Positions 35,134 through 44,105 of a DNA stretch of 64,000 bases are shown in pieces. The notes under the pieces were generated by a model. It had not been told where the DNA came from. It worked only from the letters and a program-made list of their open reading frames with translations, and did not search any database. The position numbers and the translations under genes are program-made. Positions within the stretch are counted from its first letter, which is position 1, and every line of letters begins with the position of its first letter. The stretch is taken from positions 352,001 through 416,000 of the forward strand of contig CAWCNY010000002.1 in NCBI GenBank assembly GCA_963797095.1, given 5' to 3'. This stretch comes from an uncultured Chloroflexia bacterium. GTDB taxonomy: Bacteria > Chloroflexota > Chloroflexia > QHBQ01 > JADMIH01.

Positions 35134-36792
35134 TTAGTTCGTATTTTGCCTTCGATCTAAGTATAACACAGCGGGGATAATGTACTGGGGTACGAGTTCA
35201 TCTCGGTATTTGCTCCATGTCCTGTAATCACCGTAATTGGCAGCCGTGAACATCACCACCAGATCAAGGTCGGGCACGACTATCACGAACTGGCCGCCAT
35301 TGCCGCCCGCCTCTACCCTTCGATAGGTGCGTCCGGCTACGCTGTACTCACCAAGGTGCCAACCATAGCCGTAGTTGTGGTTCTCAAGCGTTGAGTGGGG
35401 CTGCCAGCTTGCTTCAGTCCACTGTTTGCTGACGATCTGCTTGCCGTTCCATTTGCCTCCTCGCAAGAAAAGCTCTCCAAGTTTCATGAAATCGCGCGGC
35501 CGCATGTATGCGCCACCTCCCAAATAGACGTCTTTGAGGGGTGTCAGGTTCAGGTGGTAGCGTCCGAAGTTGAGGGGGCCGGCTATGTACTCATGCACGA
35601 ATTCGGGCAGCCATGTGCCGGTGGCGTTGGCAATGATTCCGCCCAGCAGGTTGATTCCTGCGCTGCAGTATGCACCCTGCTCGCCCGGTTCATGGGCCAT
35701 AGGGAGGTCCAGGGCATACTTGTACCAATCGAGCTGGGCGCGCTGGTTTTGCATGGTGTCCTCGTTGCCCGGCGAATCGTCGTCATTGTCATCACAATCA
35801 AGCCCGGAGGCCATGGTCAGTAGATGCTCGACGGTAATCCTTTCTTTTCGGGGGTCGTTGTTGGCGAAGCTCGCATAGGATGTGAAGAGGGAGCAGGCGG
35901 GTGTATTGAGGGTGAATCGTGCTCGGCGGTCGAGGGCTATACCTATTATTGGTGAGATGAGGCTCTTGCTCGCTGAGCGCATATCATGAGGGCGCTCGCT
36001 GTCGAAACCATAGAAGTATTCCTCAAGGACCAATCTGCTGTGCCTGGCGATCAGCAAGCCCTGGATGTAGGGTGTCCTTATGCTGTTTGTTTTGGTTTGT
36101 AGTATGTGCTCAATGAGAGCCTTGATCGGCTCAGGGTATATGCCAGCCTCTACGAGTGTACCGGTGCTCCAGCCATCGTTCTGTGCCACGGGTGGGCGGT
36201 AGGCATATTGCTGAGTGTCGGATGTGCGTGGGTAGAAACCGGGTGCGCTGGCGCTGTCACGCCGGGTGAAGGCGAGCGGTTGTGGATGGTCGGGCAGTTC
36301 GATCGAGATCGTGCCGGTGGTGCTGTCGTACCGGATGCTTTCACCTCTCGCCAGGCTGCCGGCTGATATGGGGCCAGGATGCCACCACAGCCCGGCATTC
36401 CTTTCAGGATCTTTTATGAATGCGGAAAGGGTGCCATCGCGCTCCTGATTGATGACCAGGTATAGCTCCAGCCTGTCGTCGAGAGGCACAACTTCGCCTT
36501 TCCAGGCGCTGTTACCTGTGGAGCGCAGAGTGAGCGGTGTGGCATAGGCGGTGCCACTGGTGATATTAGGTGGCTGTATCCAGTGCCCGGCGATTTCTTC
36601 GTCCGCGACTTTGCCTCTGTATTCGCTGCCATCCTCGAACGCGAAGGCTATGCGATCATTGGTTGGCGTGGCAGTGGCGTGCCTCGCGGCGATGCGAGCA
36701 TGCCACACATTCCCATCCGTCGTGATCTCTAGCTCGCCGTGTAGCGATGGGCCGAGCAGTTGTTCATAGCCCCAGATACCGTTGATATCCAT
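35134..36792 (-). CDS. Serine hydrolase, beta-lactamase class C/AmpC-like family
   Basis: SxxK motif (RSASKS); ITVEHLLTMASG; PG...AYCS; MRPRDFMKLG; AGGNGGQ. Confidence 0.85.
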   Translation of the reverse strand: MDINGIWGYEQLLGPSLHGELEITTDGNVWHARIAARHATATPTNDRIAFAFEDGSEYRGKVADEEIAGHWIQPPNITSGTAYATPLTLRSTGNSAWKGEVVPLDDRLELYLVINQERDGTLSAFIKDPERNAGLWWHPGPISAGSLARGESIRYDSTTGTISIELPDHPQPLAFTRRDSASAPGFYPRTSDTQQYAYRPPVAQNDGWSTGTLVEAGIYPEPIKALIEHILQTKTNSIRTPYIQGLLIARHSRLVLEEYFYGFDSERPHDMRSASKSLISPIIGIALDRRARFTLNTPACSLFTSYASFANNDPRKERITVEHLLTMASGLDCDDNDDDSPGNEDTMQNQRAQLDWYKYALDLPMAHEPGEQGAYCSAGINLLGGIIANATGTWLPEFVHEYIAGPLNFGRYHLNLTPLKDVYLGGGAYMRPRDFMKLGELFLRGGKWNGKQIVSKQWTEASWQPHSTLENHNYGYGWHLGEYSVAGRTYRRVEAGGNGGQFVIVVPDLDLVVMFTAANYGDYRTWSKYRDELVPQYIIPAVLYLDRRQNTN

Positions 36793-36874
36793 GCAACCCC
36801 TCTATTTGTCGGGCGGATGATCTTATTCCAAAAGAATTATGCTACAATAAGCGGCAGGAGGCTAGAGGAATAGT

Positions 36875-37453
36875 ATGGAACTAGCTGAATTGGGCGCGTC
36901 CATACGCGCCATACGCTCCGAACAGGGCCTTACGCTGGAGGCACTGGCCGAGAAATCGGGTGTGAGTCGCGCTATGCTGTCGGACATCGAGCGCGGCGCG
37001 AAAAGCCCCACGGTACGGGTGCTTGCAGGGATCGCTACCGCGCTGGAATACCCTGTGTCTCAATTATTAGGGGAGCAGCCTCAGGGCGCGCAGCAGCCGC
37101 CTTATACCGTAGTGCGGCGCAAGGAAAGGCAGGTAACGGTCGAGCCGCGCACCGATGCCGAACGACATTTGTTAGCACCTTCGTTCATGCGGCGGGGTAT
37201 CGAGGTTGCCTTCCTATCGATCCCGCCCAACAGCCGCACCACTCTCCAACCCTACCCTGCGGGCGCGGAGGTGCACCTTACCTCGATAAGAGGGCCTGTG
37301 GGCGTGCGCCTGGGCAACGATAATTTTACCCTGGACGAAGGCGACTCGGCGCAATTTTATCCGAGCACGGAAGCCACGCTGGTGAATAGCGAGAAGAAGT
37401 CGGCGCGATTGTTTCTGGTGGTGGACCTGGGGCGGGCAGGCTCGAAGAAATAG
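36875..37453 (+). CDS. XRE-family HTH regulator with cupin domain
   Basis: LTLEALAEKSGVSRAMLSDIERG.KSPT; C-terminal L.EGDS..F cupin; divergent from the serine hydrolase. Confidence 0.9.
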   Translation: MELAELGASIRAIRSEQGLTLEALAEKSGVSRAMLSDIERGAKSPTVRVLAGIATALEYPVSQLLGEQPQGAQQPPYTVVRRKERQVTVEPRTDAERHLLAPSFMRRGIEVAFLSIPPNSRTTLQPYPAGAEVHLTSIRGPVGVRLGNDNFTLDEGDSAQFYPSTEATLVNSEKKSARLFLVVDLGRAGSKK

Positions 37454-37498
37454 GCCAGATCCGGTGGGGCGGATACCTCTCGCTGGCGCATAACCTGA

Positions 37499-37549
37499 GT
37501 CCAAAATAGAGCAAGGGGCGGCTTAGTCGCCCCTTGCTCTATTTTGGAC
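37499..37549. terminator. Long hairpin (terminator; resembles the MITE-like hairpins)
   Basis: GTCCAAAATAGAGCAAGGGGCGGCT-T-AGTCGCCCCTTGCTCTATTTTGGAC. Confidence 0.6.
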
Positions 37550-37742
37550 AGCGCCTTTTCTGCCGCAACATCTCAGTATGTCAAAAAGAATAGTTAGTCG
37601 ACGGCATTAGATTAGTTAGTCCTAACGATGACCTGTGGCTTCGTGCGCCCTAGAATGAGTACAGGTGAGAATTGGCGCTTGCCAAACAACCCCTGGAAGA
37701 GACCGGATTGAAACCCATAAAAAGAGGAGAAGGATACGGAAC

Positions 37743-40094
37743 ATGAAAATGTACTCTGAAAGCGGCAGCGGTGAGGAGAAGCGGCACCTTGATATCTGGG
37801 TGATCAGTATGTTTGTATTCATCGTGCTGGCATTGGCACTGGTGTTTGTGTCAGGTGGGTGGAGCGCACATGCCGCTACCCTGGGCCAGACCCAGGGCAA
37901 AGACCAGCAGCAACTGGATAGCGCGAAAGGCTCAAGCCCTGACGATGTCCCTTACCTTATCAACGAGAAGTTCCTGGGCGACAACCTGGCAAGCAGCGTG
38001 TTCTACTCGCAAGTGGCTACCTGCGTTCCGGGAGGTTGCGGCTGGAACGCGGTCGGCAATTACTGGTTTTCCCCTGCGCGTTCGGCGATGGCGGTTGGCC
38101 CGGCGGGGGTATCGGACCAGCAGTTAATATTGAACACAGGTGTCGTGATCCCCTCCGACGCTGTAACGGCCACCCTTGCTTTCCACCATTATTACAATTT
38201 CGAAGCGACTGGTTCGAACTACTATGACGGTGGCGTGCTCGAAGTCAGCACCGACAGTGGGAGCACCTGGTCGGATAGTGGCGTGCAATTCACCAGTGGA
38301 GGCTATAATGTTACCCTTCACGCGGGGTCGAACCCGTTGGCGGGGCGCTCGGCGTGGGGCGGCGATAGCTCGACATATGTGCAGACAAAAGCCAATCTGC
38401 TGTCATATGCCGGTCATACTGTTCTGATACGCTTCCGCGAGGGGACCGATACCAGCAATGCCTCTATTGGCTGGTCGGTTGATGATATCGAGTTGACAGT
38501 CAATACCCCCACGCCCTGCTCCAGCCCGGCCTGGGACATACGCACACCTTATACGCTTGCTTCATCCGCACCCGCTTCCGTCGTTTATAACGGTCTGCTC
38601 TATCTGTTTGGCGGAAGGAACAGTAGTGGGATACCGGCAACCGAATCGTACAGGTACAACCCGGTTTACAACCAGTGGTACGCGAATGCATCTATGCCTG
38701 AGGGGCGCTATGGGTTTACCGCGGTGACCGATGGTAGATACATCTATCTCGTTGGCGGCTATGATTACTCCGGATATACAACCGCCAACCTTTGGCGCTA
38801 CGATCCGGCTCTCAACACCTATACAGCTCTCGCCGACTCTCCACATGCTATAGCGTTGCACGCAGCGGCGCTCTACGGCGGCAGAATGTTCCGCTTTGGA
38901 GGGTTTGACGACCAGAACCACAGCGTCAGTACTGTCGATATCTATAACATCAGCTCAAATACATGGTCGGCAGGGCCTGACTATCCGATTTCAGTTGGCA
39001 TGTTGACGGCAACAGTTGACGGCTTGTATATCTATACGGCGGGCGGCTATCACCAGACAGTAGGTGTCAGCGAGCCGGAGAACAAGACCTACAGGTACAA
39101 TCCGAACAACGATACATGGGACGATGCGGCTATCGCAGACCTGCCCGATGCCCGTAGTTCTGCTACTTCTGCTTTGTTGAACGGGCGCATACTGGTAGCA
39201 GGCGGCTACCCCCCAAGCCTGAAGACCACAGTCATTGCATGGGAGCCTTCCAGCAATGCCTGGACCTCGCTGCCTGATATGCCACAGATGTCGTACGCCT
39301 CGGGAGGGGGGGCGATCAACCAGGCATTCTATGTTGTGGGCGGTTACGACGAGGGGAATAACTCTGTTAGCGCGACAAGGCGTTACAGCGAAGTGCCTTG
39401 CGTGCCACTCACACCCTCACCGACGCCTACCAATCCGCCAACTTCTACTCCCACCGCAACAGCCACCGCTACCGCTTGCCCTCTCCAGTTCAGTGATGTG
39501 CCTGCCGCCTCCACTTTCTACTCTTTTATCGAGTGTTTGGCTTGCCGCGGAATTGTGTCGGGATATGCTGATGGCACCTTTCGTCCGGGCAACGATGTGA
39601 CCAGGGGCCAGATAGCCAAGATCGTGTCTAACGCGGCAGGATTCACTGAGACCCATTCCACCCAGACGTTCACGGATATTCCTACCAATCACACCTTCTA
39701 CCAGTTTATAGAGAGGCTGGCATCTCGCAACATCATAGCGGGGTATGCCTGCGGAGGAGTTGGCGAGCCGTGCGGGGCAGGGAGCCTGCCCTACTTCCGA
39801 TCGAACAACAACGCGACCAGGGGGCAGTTAGCCAAAATAGTATGCAAGGCGTTCAACTGCTCAGGTGCGCCGAGCGGGCAGACGTTCGAGGATGTGCCCA
39901 CCAACCACACGTTCTACACGGAGATAGAGCAGTTGTACGCATTGGGTGCTATCAACGGGTACGCGTGCGGAGGAGTTGGTGAGCCGTGCGGGGCAGGGAG
40001 CAAGCCGTACTTCAGGCCGGGAGCCAATGTATCGAGAGGGCAGACCACCAAGATTGTGGGTAATGTCTTCTTCCCAAGTTGCCAGACGCCATGA
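37743..40094 (+). CDS. Secreted Kelch-repeat protein with C-terminal SLH repeats
   Basis: Signal/TM segment; beta-sandwich motif YYDGGVLEVSTD.G.TW..GW.VDDI; six Kelch blades (LYLFGG, IYLVGG, RFGG, YTAGG, VAGG, VVGG); PT linker; three SLH (FSDVP..GY.DGTFRP...TRGQ). Confidence 0.85.
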   Translation: MKMYSESGSGEEKRHLDIWVISMFVFIVLALALVFVSGGWSAHAATLGQTQGKDQQQLDSAKGSSPDDVPYLINEKFLGDNLASSVFYSQVATCVPGGCGWNAVGNYWFSPARSAMAVGPAGVSDQQLILNTGVVIPSDAVTATLAFHHYYNFEATGSNYYDGGVLEVSTDSGSTWSDSGVQFTSGGYNVTLHAGSNPLAGRSAWGGDSSTYVQTKANLLSYAGHTVLIRFREGTDTSNASIGWSVDDIELTVNTPTPCSSPAWDIRTPYTLASSAPASVVYNGLLYLFGGRNSSGIPATESYRYNPVYNQWYANASMPEGRYGFTAVTDGRYIYLVGGYDYSGYTTANLWRYDPALNTYTALADSPHAIALHAAALYGGRMFRFGGFDDQNHSVSTVDIYNISSNTWSAGPDYPISVGMLTATVDGLYIYTAGGYHQTVGVSEPENKTYRYNPNNDTWDDAAIADLPDARSSATSALLNGRILVAGGYPPSLKTTVIAWEPSSNAWTSLPDMPQMSYASGGGAINQAFYVVGGYDEGNNSVSATRRYSEVPCVPLTPSPTPTNPPTSTPTATATATACPLQFSDVPAASTFYSFIECLACRGIVSGYADGTFRPGNDVTRGQIAKIVSNAAGFTETHSTQTFTDIPTNHTFYQFIERLASRNIIAGYACGGVGEPCGAGSLPYFRSNNNATRGQLAKIVCKAFNCSGAPSGQTFEDVPTNHTFYTEIEQLYALGAINGYACGGVGEPCGAGSKPYFRPGANVSRGQTTKIVGNVFFPSCQTP

Positions 40095-40108
40095 TAGGGT
40101 AAAACCGG

Positions 40109-40159
40109 GCAACAAAGAGGGGAATGGGCCGACTAATAGCCCATTCCCCTCTTTGTTGC
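40109..40159. terminator. Bidirectional terminator between convergent SLH genes
   Basis: Perfect 21-bp IR GCAACAAAGAGGGGAATGGGC..GCCCATTCCCCTCTTTGTTGC. Confidence 0.75.
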
Positions 40160-40169
40160 TTCTCTAGCT

Positions 40170-43100
40170 TTATCGAGGTTGGTCTGCGAGGTAGATCATC
40201 TTGGATAGCTGTCCACGGGTAGCGTTGTTGGATGGGCGGAAGTAGGGACGGTTGCCTGTGCCGCACGGCTCACCGGGGCCACCACATGGGTAGCCATTGA
40301 TTATCTCCCTGGAGGCCATCCTCCCTATGAAGTCGTAGAAGGTTGAGCCTGGAGCCACATCCTCGAACGTCTGCCCGCTTATAGTGTCGGTAAAGCGAGA
40401 GCCGTTGGAGATGATCTTGGCTATCTGGCCCCTGGTCACGTTGGCGGAGGGGCGGAAATAGGGCCTGCTCGCGCTGTCGCACGGCTCACCCGGCCCACCA
40501 CATGGGTAGCCTGAGACTACACCTTCACGGTATGCCGCTTCCACATAGAGGAAGAAGGTGCTGCCCGATGGCACATCGGCAAAGGTGTAGGGGTCTGATG
40601 CTATGTTCCACTGCCACTTGATCAATTCCATCTCCTTTTGTGGATCGGCCTGGCCCGCTTGCCCGGAAGGAGGGTCGAGGTGCCACTCGTAAGTGAGGGC
40701 CATCATTTTGGAGATTTGGCCTCTTGAAGCGTTATTGGAGGGGCGGAAGGTGCCTTCGGAGTAGCCTGAGGCTATACCGTGGCAGGTGATCCAGTTGATA
40801 TAGGTGTAGAAAGTTGAGCCGGAAGGCACATCGGAGAATACAGTCTGAGAGTTGGGTTGGGCGAACACACCGTAGATACCCCATTGCGTGATATCGGCTG
40901 CTGCCCCGTGCCAATCCTCATTGATTAGGGTGGTGAGGGCGTCCCAACCTGTGCCGTTGTATCTGTAGATTTGTATGCTGCCGGGTTGCAGGCCGCAATA
41001 GCTCTCCGCTTGATAAGCCATGCTCAAGCGCACCGCGCCGACAATAGGGTTTTGTCCCTGCACACTCATTGGACCTCCTACCAATAGCAGGTTATTCGGT
41101 GGGTCAGCAGGAGGGCGCACCTCACCCGCCATTACGCCTGTGCCATCGGTCATGCTACCGGGTTTTACACTGAGATTGGTCGGGCTTTCAGGCCCCAGGA
41201 TATCCCAATCGGTTGGTATCTCCGGCACGAACGGCGGGTCGTTCTTGCTTTTCTCGGCCGGTCCGCTGGAGTGGAACTGGCTAGCATTGAACCTGTAGGG
41301 GAAGAGTTCGAGGCCGTTGGTGCCCGTGAGGCCAACCTCGAACTGGAAGTCGGTGATGACGTCGGGATTGAGTGCGTAGGTACCTGTGTAGTTGTGCTGC
41401 GCCGAATTGTAGGCCAGAGGAATCTGCTGCCTGTTTATGCCGCCCTGGCTGGCATAGAGGATGGGCTGAGCGGGTGGGTCTGCTGTGAAGTGAAGGGAAG
41501 TATTGACCTGGTCGAGGCTGTAGTTGGCGGTTGCGGTCAGCCAATTGGTAGGCCATTGGGTATCGGCCTGGCTGCTTTCTGTATCGAGGAAGATGCTAAG
41601 GGGTATCGTAATAGCTCCGCAACTTGTGATATCGGCGCTACCGCTCAACAGGTGGGAGGAGAATCCTGGTCCCAACACTGTCACTTTGTCGTGGCCCGAT
41701 ACCGCTCCATAGACGAGACGCTGTCCATTTATGTCGGTTGTACCCTCATCTATTACATAGCCATTATGTTGCAAGCTAAGAGTGGCAGTTTGAACCGGGC
41801 TTCCTGTGATACCCAGCACCGTCACCATAATAGGCGCGCAGGATGCTGCGCTTACAGGCACTATTGTTGGTTCTGCTCTTTGTGCTTCGTTGCTGATGTA
41901 AATTAGAGGCCCCGGGTCAAAGAAACCTCTGTTGTTGGGAGTGAGGATAGTCCATCTACCCGCAGGATCGGTCCATCTATGCTGAAGTGTTTGCCACACA
42001 GCCTCACCGAGCATGATTTGTTGGTGGGTAGCCTCATTATGGTTGTCAATTGTACAAAACTCGCTTGAGTTGCGCTGATTCCACATGATACTTGCGCGTA
42101 AATCATAATCGGGATCAGGTGTGAGGTTGCACATGGCAGCATCGCCATCTTGATGGTAGAAGTATTCATCATAGGCGCCTATGGCGTAGTGCCCGAATTC
42201 ATGTATCAAGGTGCTATATGCTGAAAGTTGGTCCCAGGGCGTTCCATAGTCGCCGGAGGCTTGAATATGAATGTGCGATAGACTATTTGTAGGGATGCCA
42301 ACATGGCTGGTATCTGCTCTGAGATAGTCGGCGAAGAACTGGTAATCAGCATCGTTCCAATGCTGATCGTCTTCATAGATGGTCACCTGCTCGAAAAACA
42401 TCTGGCCGTCCGTTACATCCAGCAGGTAATCGGATGCACCTTGCAAGTAGTACCCAGTCGGGAGGGGCTTGCCGCTGAAGCCCTGGGCAATGAGGGCCAA
42501 CTCGTCGGGGGTGGCGTTAAACTCGACGCTGGCAACGATATTGAAGCCGATCAAGGGGCTTGTGGTGGTGACAACCAGGGTTTGAGTCAACTGGTTGGTG
42601 TTGGTTATTATGAAAGCGCTCTGCGAGCCGATATTGTCCTGGGTAATGTTGGTGGCCCATACGTGATATGCCCAATCGTCGTGGGCGGCCTTCTGGGTGG
42701 TGCCTGTGTAGACCAGGGAGCGGGCAATGAGGTATTCGTTCAACTGCGGGCTAGGCAAGGATACTGTGCCGTTCATATTAGTAGTGCCTACGAAAGTAGA
42801 TGGATTGCCCGCGCCCTGAGAGTTGCGCCACACCTGTGCATTGGGCACGGGTGTGCCCTGCGCGTTCAGCACCAGCACCACAGGGTCTGCATGCCTCTGC
42901 CAATTTGGGCTGAGATCAAACTGAGAGCTATTGGGGACTACGGCGTCATTGCTTCCGTCAGCATTGACGATGTGTATTTGTGCGACAAATGGGTTGAAGC
43001 TTTCATGTTGATAGGCAATCTTCTCACCATCGGGTGACCATGTGGGGAAGAGATCGCCGCCACCGGTGACGGGTGTTATATTACCGCCGTTCTGATCCAT

Positions 43101-43889
43101 TGTGTAAACCCGGCCATCGCTACCGCTACCTCTGAGAAAAGCTATATGTGCTCCATCGGGAGACCAGTCGGGCAAGAGGTCGTATAGTCCGGAATCGGGG
43201 CCAGGGTCACTGATTTTGTGAGGGTTGCTTCCGTCTGCGTTCATGATGTAGATTTCGACATTGTCGTCGCCGTCTCTCATGGTATTGGAGAAGGCGATCC
43301 TGGTGCCATCGGGTGACCACGTGGGTGAGCGGCTATTTGTGTGGTCTGAGGTGCGAGCTATATCGTTGGTGCCGTCCGCATTTATTACGTGTATTTCGCT
43401 ATCCTGAAGATTGCCGTATGCGATAGTTTGGCCGTCAGGAGACCAGGCGGGAGGAAACTCTGAGCGGTCTTGGAGCTGGACGAAGTGCGTACCATCACTA
43501 TTTATCAAGCAAATACTATTGCCTCCGTTGAGATATGCGATTCTCGTGCCATCAGGCGAAATGGAGGGCCGGACCTGGACACCGTTACCAGTGGTTACGC
43601 GCCTAACATCGCTTCCATCGGGTAGCATCGTATAAATATCTATTACCGATATTGGTTGACCGTTTCTTCTACTCGCGAACGCAATGCGCCCTCCTGTCGC
43701 TGATGTAGATGATGTAGATGTAGATGTAGATGTAGATGTATTGGTAATAGTCTTTTCAGTGGCCATAGGTGGCTGGGCCTGAGCGCTGCCGGTAAGTGTA
43801 AGGGTCACAAGTGTCGCTATTGCTCCGATGACCGCCAGCCATATATTTGTATGCCTCGGCATCGTTCTTTTCTGAAAGCTCGGTTCCAT
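40170..43889 (-). CDS. Secreted multidomain protein: TolB-like PD40 propeller, CLCA-like HExxH metallopeptidase, SLH repeats
   Basis: Repeated P.WSPDG..IA(F/Y); LIHEFGHYAIGAYDEY..C..ASIM..EFC...HN; three SLH at the C-terminus. Confidence 0.82.
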   Translation of the reverse strand: MEPSFQKRTMPRHTNIWLAVIGAIATLVTLTLTGSAQAQPPMATEKTITNTSTSTSTSTSSTSATGGRIAFASRRNGQPISVIDIYTMLPDGSDVRRVTTGNGVQVRPSISPDGTRIAYLNGGNSICLINSDGTHFVQLQDRSEFPPAWSPDGQTIAYGNLQDSEIHVINADGTNDIARTSDHTNSRSPTWSPDGTRIAFSNTMRDGDDNVEIYIMNADGSNPHKISDPGPDSGLYDLLPDWSPDGAHIAFLRGSGSDGRVYTMDQNGGNITPVTGGGDLFPTWSPDGEKIAYQHESFNPFVAQIHIVNADGSNDAVVPNSSQFDLSPNWQRHADPVVLVLNAQGTPVPNAQVWRNSQGAGNPSTFVGTTNMNGTVSLPSPQLNEYLIARSLVYTGTTQKAAHDDWAYHVWATNITQDNIGSQSAFIITNTNQLTQTLVVTTTSPLIGFNIVASVEFNATPDELALIAQGFSGKPLPTGYYLQGASDYLLDVTDGQMFFEQVTIYEDDQHWNDADYQFFADYLRADTSHVGIPTNSLSHIHIQASGDYGTPWDQLSAYSTLIHEFGHYAIGAYDEYFYHQDGDAAMCNLTPDPDYDLRASIMWNQRNSSEFCTIDNHNEATHQQIMLGEAVWQTLQHRWTDPAGRWTILTPNNRGFFDPGPLIYISNEAQRAEPTIVPVSAASCAPIMVTVLGITGSPVQTATLSLQHNGYVIDEGTTDINGQRLVYGAVSGHDKVTVLGPGFSSHLLSGSADITSCGAITIPLSIFLDTESSQADTQWPTNWLTATANYSLDQVNTSLHFTADPPAQPILYASQGGINRQQIPLAYNSAQHNYTGTYALNPDVITDFQFEVGLTGTNGLELFPYRFNASQFHSSGPAEKSKNDPPFVPEIPTDWDILGPESPTNLSVKPGSMTDGTGVMAGEVRPPADPPNNLLLVGGPMSVQGQNPIVGAVRLSMAYQAESYCGLQPGSIQIYRYNGTGWDALTTLINEDWHGAAADITQWGIYGVFAQPNSQTVFSDVPSGSTFYTYINWITCHGIASGYSEGTFRPSNNASRGQISKMMALTYEWHLDPPSGQAGQADPQKEMELIKWQWNIASDPYTFADVPSGSTFFLYVEAAYREGVVSGYPCGGPGEPCDSASRPYFRPSANVTRGQIAKIISNGSRFTDTISGQTFEDVAPGSTFYDFIGRMASREIINGYPCGGPGEPCGTGNRPYFRPSNNATRGQLSKMIYLADQPR
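43703..43740. repeat. Coding hexamer repeat (GATGTA)n encoding a Thr-Ser linker
   Basis: gatgtagatgatgtagatgtagatgtagatgtagatgta encodes TSTSTSTSTSSTS. Confidence 0.7.
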
Positions 43890-44052
43890 TGCTCAATCCC
43901 TCCTGAAGATTGCCGGGCTAGTGCAGCTTTGCTAAGCGGTCGACAACACCGCCCGGTAATTAAAGGGATTATATATTGGCGAGCGTTCCCAAAGCGTTCC
44001 GAATGGGGTGATAAGGGCATCAAATCAAATGAGATTGTAGTGGGGTGGATCA

Positions 44053-44089
44053 ATGAAGGAGGGCGAGCCACAAGCTCGCCCTCCTTCAT
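44053..44089 (-). terminator. clpC terminator hairpin
   Basis: ATGAAGGAGGGCGAGC-CACAA-GCTCGCCCTCCTTCAT. Confidence 0.7.
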
Positions 44090-44105
44090 CAAATGCGTTA
44101 CTGTG

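Noticed and set aside
35112-35145. LexA box upstream of radA
   Set aside because: Only one half-site (GTTC) is present; the other half does not match.
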